33,590 nucleotides of DNA, taken from NCBI GenBank assembly GCA_037834085.1, contig JBBMKC010225000.1:1-33590 (forward strand), written 5' to 3'. This document shows, in pieces, positions 25,160 through 33,590 of this stretch. Under the pieces are notes generated by a model, which searched no databases, was not told the DNA's origin, and worked only from the letters and a program-made list of their open reading frames with translations. Source of the DNA: Bipalium vagum (lineage: Eukaryota). Every line of letters starts with the position of its first letter. Within the stretch, counting starts at the first letter, position 1. The translations under genes were made by a program, and so were the position numbers.

Positions 25160-28100
25160 CTGAAAGATAAACGTATAATGGATTTTGTTACACTACCAAC
25201 ACAAGATATTAATAATTGATGAAATAAACGGTAACTTATATGGCTAATTTAATAATAATAATAATATAAGGAATTATAAAGAATTTATATAATCTTAATA
25301 ATTCAGTAAAATCAATAATTACAATTGTTTTAATTATTGATTTTTACAAAGACCAGATTTGCAAATAAAAAGATTTTAGTTGATTATTGATTTTCTTTTA
25401 AACGGAATCCGAAAAAATTATTAATAATGATAATAATGATAATAATTGATAATAATAATAATAATATGATTAGTTAGCGTATATGATCAGATAAAAATTA
25501 TTGATTCAGGTTTCAGAACAAAAGAGATCAAAAGTATGATTATTTGAGTAAAAATATTTTGCAGCAATCTGAAAGATCAACAAAACAACAATGACATGAT
25601 GAAGCCAAAAATCTGTTGCTCAGCATTCAGTGATATTGACCTTTGTGAATCAAAGGCTTTTAAGGCAATGGATCAGTCCAGAGTGAACGGTATTTTGGGA
25701 TAGGTACATTAAAAGGAATAAGATTCACTTTATATTAAAANNNNNNNNNNNNNNNNNNNNNNNNNNNNNNNNNNNNNNNNNNNNNNNNNNNNNNNNNNNN
25801 NNNNNNNNNNNNNNNNNNNNNNNNNNNNNNNNNNNNNNNNNNNNNNNNNNNNNNNNNNNNNNNNNNNNNNNNNNNNNNNNNNNNNNTCAAGCTCTGAGGC
25901 CATTGTTGGAGATATAAGGAATGAGTTTCAATTCGCTCTCAAGTAATGAGAACAGACAAAAGCTTAGCCAAAGTGAGCAAACGAAACCCTTTCAACTTGT
26001 GCTACATAAAGATAAATAGAGCCGTACGTACAGCAAAGTAAACAATGAACCAGCTGAGTTGTGGAGTGAATACCTTCATAACGTAATCAATGTTGAATCT
26101 ATAGCACAACCATTCTTCATTGACGTTGTAAAACCGATCACAATTATAACTTATTTGTTTTCAATCTTCGTTCGGGATAATTCAAAACAATTCGATTATA
26201 CATGGAAGGTTCATGAGCCATCAAATGGGTCAATGGGGTGTAGATGGCGATATGTGATTAAATGACTTAATCTGATGTTGTGAAACACAGCCACTTACAG
26301 GGTGTTTTTGTTAAGATTTAGAAATGCTCAAGAACGAGGTTGGTACTGAAGATCTTGGTTCTTGGGTTGAAATGTTATCATTATATTTTACTTTCAGTTG
26401 TCTGTTTATTTGTTTTAATTTTTCATCATTAATTTTGATCATTAACCATTGATTTTACACATTACTGTTATCGATTATTTGCCTTGTTGGTTTTAGTGTA
26501 TTTGATTTGTGGCTTGAGCATCGTCTGACATTCAGTGATTGTGCTGAGCCCGACCATTTTAGTTATTGTGAAATAAATAAAGTTTACTGTCTTGCCGGGA
26601 TGGTGATTGTTATAGGACAAAAGAAGCCAACCATTAGTGAAAGAATTCATTTAAATAATTGATAGTTTTAACAAATTAACATTAAGAATGTCCATGATCC
26701 GATACATTCCTTATAATAATCACCCCATACCGGAACGTTGAAATTTTTGTAATTAATAATATATAATTATTATTACTTATAATAATTGTTAATTAATAAT
26801 AATATAATACTTAAACTTAAAAACATTTTTTTAAGATAATAATAATAAAAAATTGCTAAGGGTTTTAATTAAAGTTACCCTTTGAGGGTTGTATATTGAT
26901 TTCAATTTATTTTAAAAACTTAATCTAAGTTATTATAAAACTAAAGAAATATCTTATTATTTAATGAAAGATTTTTATGAATTCAATATTTTTAGCCAAT
27001 TAAAAGCGCCCAATCGCGAATGGCCAATGAAATTCATAATTATTAAAAAAAATCAATTATTTATTCATGTTTTTACTGGGCTAATTTTGTAAGAGTTCAA
27101 TTAATTTTAATCAATAATTGATTTTTTATTTTTGTTTTTGGCAAAATATTTAACTCAAAATAATTTATTATTTTTTTAATGAAAAAGATTAATTACATAA
27201 ATTAAATTGAAATTAATTCAATTTTACTTTATCTTTCTCTGAAAATTGGTGGATGTCTGCAGAAAATATGATATTGACCAGGTTACGTTCAATGTCATCT
27301 ACAAAAAGTCATGGAAAGGAGAAGATGTCTGTAAAGGACCTACTTGTTGCCTCAACGACAACTAATTTTACACTGTCTTTGGCCATGATCCCATCTTCTG
27401 AAGTAACAGTCAGCTCAAACAGGTACTGACCCTGTACCAGGTTGGTCATTTTTAGAGTGGGCTCGTGATCGGAATTATTGACGACAGATCCTGCTGCCAG
27501 ACTTTCAGGAAGACGTTGCCAAGAATACACCAATGATTTGGTTTTCGCCACTGCTCGCTCTTCTACTACTTTACCCAACCCATAAATGGAAATGATCTCC
27601 GGCTTATCGATCAATGATGATTTCGATACCTTGACAGTCATATCAAGACCTGCATCGGCAGACAGGGTGTAGTTTTTCATATAATTAACATATTTCATGG
27701 GCGGTATTTTCCGACTGATGGTAGTGTTGTTAAACTTCGAGGTTGAAGAGACCTTCTTAGGCTGACCTGAAACGTCATAAATATTATTTCTCAAAGATTC
27801 TGTGAACTCAAAAATGTACGGAAAAGTTTAGGAAAACCAAAATTTCGATAATTTTTAATAATTAGATTCCGTTGGAGCTCAAGACAAAAATAACAAAGAG
27901 AAAAACTTTTAAGGAGAAGAAAAGCTCCTTGAGAATGGCTTCAACCAAAACGAAATTATAAGATGCTCTATGAAGTGTGAGGGTGTTTGTTATGAAATGT
28001 CGTCTTTACAATCTCAGGGCTCGACCAATCACAACTCATTCTAAATGAACTTCTGTTTTTGGCACTGGGAAATAAGTTTATCTATGCCAATAACATAAAT

Positions 28101-31100
28101 GCCGGCAGTTCAGAAATTGATCAATCATTGAACAGCATCTTCAATGACCTGTTCTTTGGTGAAACCTTTCCCTATCAAAAGGGCATACAGAAAAGCTTTA
28201 AAAAATGAAAATCAATTGGCGAAAGATTTGGCGAATAAGGTGGATGAGACAGAACTTCGTAACAAAACTCGTTCAATTTTTTTACCGTCAACCGTGAAAT
28301 ATTCGATTCTGCATTGTTGTGAAATAAAATTAGGCCAGCCGGGGGTTTTATATAATTTTTTGCGCCTTTCATCGATTTCCTTGAAATATTTTTCGGCGTT
28401 AATGATTTCACTTCGTTCCAATTTTTGATAACAAAATCTTCAACATTGTCTTCTTTGGATGCAAACTTGGTTTGGGGAAATGTTTTGTCGTTTCGACTTA
28501 ATGAAGTCATTGCGCTGATTGGCGTCGGTTATCAAAGAGTATCGATTTTTGACGCACGTTATTATTCGATGAAGAAATAGTTCATTCCGATTTTGTAAAC
28601 GACAACGTTTCGGATTATCTTTCTCGGGCTTTAAGAATCTTATCTATGGTACTCAGATGATGTGAAACTGTTCCAAAACTTCAAGCTTAGTGATATTCTC
28701 TCGAACTGTTGAATGTGAATTTTGTTCGACTACTTCTTTCAAATATTCTTTTTGACGAGGATAATTTGTATAACACGTTCTTCATTGTACAAATTTGTAG
28801 TTTCCTCGTTGAACTTTTAAAACCACTGTTGAACTGTGCGCACTTCACAATCATTATTTCCAAAACTTCCTCTGATATAACTGGTCGCTTGTGTAGTCTT
28901 TAGTCATTTGAGAGACAAACAGATTTAAAGTCACAGAGATTTATCTTAATCTTTACATGTTAATTTGGACACCTCGTTTGTTTTCACTTATTTCATTATT
29001 GTTTGCACTTTTTTTGTTTTCATGAACCCTCTATATTTTGGGCAAAATGTTCCTTCCCAGTTGTGTCCAACATTAACAGGTTTCACTGTATTATAAAATT
29101 ATGATATAAATATCAAAATGTCTTAAGAGACGCATTAATTTTTAGAGAAATTCAAATTAATGACTTCCTTGATGATTAAAATTAGCTTAATAAAACAAAT
29201 CATAAAAACGATATTTCATATTGAACAAGCTAATAATAAGTAGAGCTTTAGATAAATAGTAAAAAAACTTGCAAAAATGTCTTAATACAAAAAAAGAACG
29301 TGACCTGCAAAGGAAGAGCGGATACTCCAAACCATTAACAAATCAGAATAAAATTAAATTTATAAAAATTTATAATGTCACCTTAAAAAACTTTAAAGTC
29401 CCAGTAAAAAGTATTTTATTACCTAATGGAAAACGACTTGGTACTCTTATTGTACTATTCTTGGAACTAGACACTGTGGTGGTCATTCCGACCTTATCTG
29501 CTTATTATTCGAATACGATCAATACTTGGTGTGGCCATTTCAGCATTAACATACCTTTAATACATCTTTTGCCTTTTCTAATATATCCATCCCTGCAAAT
29601 ACACACTGCAGGCCGAGAGCCGTTCTCCTCTTGATTGCAAAGCTCATCTTCAGGACAATCCTCATTACTTTCACAATTAACTTCCACTTCATTTCTTCTC
29701 GGCTCTAAAATGTCTCAAAAGTTTTACTCTATGAATTTTACACAATAATAAAATGTGTAATAAATTATTATTAATAAATCAAAATGTTACCATACATAAC
29801 CTTCCTATCATTTTTCAGATCAATATCGACCACGTATTTTACACAAAATCAAATTAAAAAAATTATTATTACCCAATCGAATTTTTAATTAATTTTTTTA
29901 AAATAAAATAAATTTTTTCTTCACATTAATATCTTAAATTAATTAAATAATTACACTATTTATTTTTTTAATTAATTTAATTTAAAAATATTTATTATAT
30001 TATTTTTTTTATTATCAAAATTTTATATTAATTTAAATTAAATTATTTAATGAATGTTTTTAAGAATATCACAAACTCTGAATATCACAGGAACTCTTTA
30101 AGAGAAGGTAAAGTAACAATAATAATGATCGTCGAGGTTGGGAATAGTTATCGTGCTCCGTCGTTGGAGCTAGTAATTTCTTCTGTCTCGGCGTGGAGGT
30201 AGGAATAGCAATTAGAAGCTATTGATGGAGATAGCCGTCTCGAAGCGAGGGGATTGGTTATCGTAGCCCAATCTCTACGACTATATAAAGAGACGGCTAT
30301 TCCCGTTAATTTTCCCAAACACGCTAGCACGTCAGACCGAAATCAAGAACGAAATTACGGAGATGACAATACGGAAAACGAGAATTCGAGGAAGTGCCTA
30401 CCAGAAAACTACGTATTCAGAAAGATTATGAACCGAAGAAAGGATCTCAATGTATTTCAAGTGGATATGACTTCACAGGAGAATTCTACAAGGGGACCCA
30501 GCGAGCTTGGGAACCCTTAGGCGACCTAAGAAGGACCTAGAAGGCGATCCCGGGACCGTTTTATTTAACTCTTAACTCTTTCTTTTGTGATCATTTCTTT
30601 CTTCTCTTTTATCATAACAGTAACAGTATTTATTTTGTTTTATTTTATCATTATTTTTGGTGACATGTTTATTCAGTGATTATAGGGTGATTTAAAGAAG
30701 TGGATTATCGTTGTGGTCATTATTTCCAATGTGATTGTGTTTTGTTCAAATAAAGTTTTATTGTAGAAGTTTGATTCAGTTCTTAAGGGTGCGGATACCG
30801 TATTGTGGTGGGTGTTTTGATTCGGATAAGGTTGAAAAGAGAACGAACACAACATTTTTATAGAAGCGAGGAGTCACGAGCACACGTTAGTACGTCGAAG
30901 TATAAAGGCAACAAAATTCTAAAGCGCGTTTTCCGCTTAATAATGAAATAGTCAGTTGTTTAAATTCATCAAATGCTTTTAAAACAAGAAATAATAATAA
31001 TAATCGGATAATTTTGTTGTACGAATTTAAACTCGGTCGTAATGCGACGTAACAAGAAACTCAGTTCAAGCATGCTGCAATCAAGCAGTTTCTGAAGCAC

Positions 31101-32822
31101 AAGAATATAGGTTGAAAAATTTAGACTTGATCAGACCAACATCCAGGATGAAAACAATCGTGGACGTCCATCAGAAGTGATGATGCTCAGCTGAAAACGA
31201 TGATCGAAGCAGATCTAAGGAAAACCACATGAGAAATTGCAAAAAACACAACGTTCAACATACCACAGTTCTGCCCCACTTGAACACAATTGGAAAGGTG
31301 AAGGTTAAAAATCATTTCAATTCCGTTTTTTAACTAGAACAAATCAAATCTGTTCCCGTAACTTAGAGCACTGACTGAATTTATGGTTTCCTTACCAATA
31401 TAGATTTTTAAAATACAGTGGGACCTCTCAAAGTGACCGCAACATTGTGGTGACCACCTCTATTAAATTGACCATACCGTAAATAATATTACTGTTATTA
31501 TGAGGTATTTATTATTATTAACATTAATAAAATTATTAAAATTATTATTATAATGCTCAAATCTCAAAGTCCGTATCCAGAACCCAAAATTGTCTGAAAA
31601 CCCTATATCAACCACTAAAATTCAACATATATTCTGAGAAAGAGAATAATTTACACGAATATTTTTATTAATTTTTAATTTTAATTAACATTAAAATGCT
31701 CAATTAAAAATTTTGCGTACCGAGAATTATCTTCTGCAAGAAAGGTAACAAATCAATAAAAATAAACAAATGAAAATTATGGACAATATTTATTTTTTAA
31801 TGATTTTTATTTAAAGTTAAAACTAAGCGAGTTCTCAATCAATACTAAACATCTCAAATGTTTGTTGTATAAAGTTTTCGAAAGGTAAGATTTCTAAGCA
31901 TTAAAACAAATTAATTTTAAAATATTTTTCCTCCTAAAAGGTTTTAGAAATTTTATATTGATTTTAATAAGATCATCTGCAATCCTTACACAAAAACCCT
32001 TTTATTCATCTTAAATCCACTCACAATTGAGGTGAACATTAACTGCAAAAATGTGTTTTGAAAATTGTTTTAATAAGTGATGTATAATCGACAAAAGAGA
32101 GGCTGTCATTGATTCGTACATATATTGCAAATATAAATAATTGGTATAATCATTTCCCCACCCCCCTAATCTGTGGTGGATATCGTAATAATTATTACGG
32201 ATACAATATATAATTGTCGACGAATAATTAAAACAAAAGAGATAACTTATCAGATGATGTCATTCAACATTCTCTTTGAATTATATTTTATCAGTAAGCA
32301 CTAGTTAAACAAAAATTTTTATCTGATATTGAGTGGAACAAATAGATGGTTTAAAATCTCTGTCAAGGTTGAGTGAGTCTAGCAAGGTCAGCTAAAGAAA
32401 AAAGTTACCTTTTCTATCAGTCAGAGATGAGTCCTGAGGATCCCTGAGTGTAAAATAATAATGTTGAGACTTATTCGTCCCTTTCACCGGCTCGCAGTCA
32501 TAAATGTTGGGACAATGCGTGAGGTAACACTTTCCTTTCGTCATGATGATGGCATCGCAATTCTTCGACTTGCAGCAATCGACAACACATCTTCTTACAC
32601 TAAACAGTTTCAGTGTCTTTATAAAGTCGATCTTGTGTTCCCGATAACCCTTTGGAAGGTAATTTGACAATATATATTCCTCTTTGAACGAGTTCGTATC
32701 GCCACACAGCTTTGCTTTACCTGCCCAGATCACTAAAATTAAAGGGTTATGGACGGACTATCAATCGGACTGGACTCATTACGTTTTGTCAAAAATGCTA
32801 ACACCAACAATCTGCAGATCAT
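24346..32822 (-). CDS. KIAA0319: KIAA0319/KIAA0319L(AAVR)-like type I membrane protein, 11 exons: 32822-32783, 32732-32409, 29704-29555, 29497-29423, 27799-27344, 27298-27228, 25159-25062, 25013-24865, 24807-24688, 24638-24548, 24415-24346; 1644 nt = 547 aa + stop
   Basis: All introns GT-AG and phase-consistent. Signal peptide MICRLLVLAFLTKLIWAGKA; MANEC/MANSC-like Cys domain (CVVDCC..CD....GKCYLTHC....CEP); PKD domain (WQRLPESLAAGSVVNNSDH..TNLVQGQYLFELTVT); juxtamembrane CGGHGFCD..CICSFPW..SNC; TM helix; cytoplasmic KYRLL resembling the KIAA0319 KYTIL motif. Confidence 0.9.
25741..25886. other. Assembly gap (146 N) in KIAA0319-like intron 6
   Basis: Run of N. Confidence 1.
25900..26265 (+). 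mobile_element. Highly decayed mariner 3' fragment
   Basis: LVLHKDK and terminal VDGD remnants only. Confidence 0.35.
27228..27298 (-). CDS. KIAA0319: KIAA0319-like exon 6
   Basis: ttgtag|AT; DIERNLVNIIFSADIHQFSEKDK|gtaaaa; resembles the post-PKD5 NLVEIILD segment. Confidence 0.85.
27344..27799 (-). CDS. KIAA0319: KIAA0319-like exon 5 (linker + single PKD domain)
   Basis: cacag|AA TCT TTG; PKD motifs ADAG.D, YSW, LTVT; donor A|gtaggt. Confidence 0.92.
28040..28960 (-). mobile_element. Degenerate mariner transposase in KIAA0319-like intron 4
   Basis: RTVQQWF, FLHRIITC, FHNNA..YEVLSHPPYSPNLSPIDFHF; ends approximate. Confidence 0.85.
29060..29091 (-). mobile_element. pogo/Tigger-type TIR
   Basis: TA-CAGTGAAACCTGTTAATGTTGGACAC on the minus strand. 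Confidence 0.45.
29423..29497 (-). CDS. KIAA0319: KIAA0319-like exon 4 (Ser/Thr-rich linker)
   Basis: aagcag| acceptor; DKVGMTTTVSSSKNSTIRVPSRFPL; TTAG|gtaata; phase 1-1. Confidence 0.75.
29555..29704 (-). CDS. KIAA0319: KIAA0319-like exon 3 (6-Cys EB/EGF-like module)
   Basis: ttttag|AG..CESNEDCPEDELC..CICRDGY..RC..G|gtatgt; phase 1-1. Confidence 0.85.
30112..30665 (+). mobile_element. Solo-LTR-like segment in KIAA0319-like intron 2
   Basis: GC-rich island with ATTGG/CCAAT, TATATAAAG at 30282 and a ..GGTGACA end; 5' end degenerate (aGTAAC); no clear TSD. Confidence 0.45.
30900..31305 (+). mobile_element. 5' fragment of a cecropia-type (Hsmar1-like) mariner
   Basis: RIILLYEFKLGRNAT..RGRPSE..DDAQLKTMIEAD..HTTVLPHLNTIGKVK. 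Confidence 0.8.
31414..31475 (+). mobile_element. pogo/Tigger-type TIR or MITE end
   Basis: TA-CAGTGGGACCTCTCAAAGTGACC with repeated TGACC subterminal motifs. Confidence 0.45.
32409..32732 (-). CDS. KIAA0319: KIAA0319-like exon 2 (MANEC-like domain)
   Basis: Cys pattern in ORF 32392-32733; donor AAAG|gtaact. Confidence 0.9.
32783..32822 (-). CDS. KIAA0319: KIAA0319-like exon 1 (signal peptide)
   Basis: AAAATG ATC TGC ... AAA C|gtaatg; 50-nt intron to ttttag|TG. Confidence 0.8.
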
Positions 32823-33169
32823 TTTCGTTTCTCAGAAAAAGTTGAACATTTAAATGTGTCTAAACCTGTTAATTAAGATTATTAAGTTGAAGGTCGCAAA
32901 TTGATTTATTAAAACAAACGGAAAATATAAGAAAATTTTTGCGAAATATAATTTTTAATCTAGACAAGAAAAATCATAAATGATGGAGCACAATTTTATA
33001 TACACTCGGAACAAAATAATTAACATAAAGATTTATTAATTTAAAAGAATTTATATTTTAAAAATCAATGAGAAAATTTTATATCAAAATCAATACTTTT
33101 TTATTGATTAACAAGAAAACAATTAATCATATAACTGTTATTCTTTTCAATAACTCTCCTATCTATTTA

Positions 33170-33590
33170 CCTACGAATGAATCTCAACAGATAAGACCTG
33201 ATTTATTTTTCAACAAAATATTTCGAGGTCCAATTTCATGTCTTTAAATTATATAAATTTACCTCTTAGAAAGTGTTCGAGGAAACGAAAAGATGGACAA
33301 TGTTGGGATTAAATACTGAATGTTTCAAAATGTCAAACCGTAAATTTCTGATTTTTATTAAGACATGTTTAGAGTGTACCGTTTTAGATTATCATGAAGA
33401 ATAATCACACCTTTTCTATAAATCAATTTAGAACGTTTTTGTGAAAATTCGATTATAATTTACTGTTAACCATTTTTCTCGATTCCAATAGCTTTCAATG
33501 CGCTGGTCCCATAATATACTCATGCTCAAAAGTGTTAGCCATGTAGAATTTATTATGAAAAACGTAGAAATATTTACATATATTTTTACA
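33170..33590 (-). mobile_element. Mariner catalytic-domain fragment running off the window
   Basis: MSILWD..RKGVIILHDN..FDILKHSVFNPNI..FRFLEHFLRGK. Confidence 0.7.

Noticed and set aside
30254-30520. 88-aa ORF in the LTR-like island
   Set aside because: Non-ATG start, overlaps the TATA box, no recognisable domain.

Overview
AT-rich eukaryotic (invertebrate animal) genomic DNA with one 146-N assembly gap. Two convergent spliced genes can be reconstructed exon by exon with consistent intron phases. (1) On +, a Src-family tyrosine kinase (3265-18009; 6 exons; about 609 aa; MGNC N-terminus, SH3, SH2, kinase with HRDLAARN, C-terminal regulatory Tyr). (2) On -, a KIAA0319/KIAA0319L(AAVR)-like type I membrane protein (32822-24346; 11 exons; about 547 aa) with only one PKD domain. 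Long introns and intergenic DNA hold many decayed Tc1/mariner copies, an internally deleted Chapaev3 transposon with TIRs and a TAA TSD, and two LTR-like segments. The most interesting unverified signals lie at the Src locus: a candidate internal first exon encoding a second myristoylation signal that would give an SH3-less kinase, a stop-free 45-nt intron in the n-Src loop, a cluster of conserved miRNA seed sites in the short 3'UTR, and a possible interleaved antisense gene. All calls come from manual reading and remembered family motifs; no searches were run.
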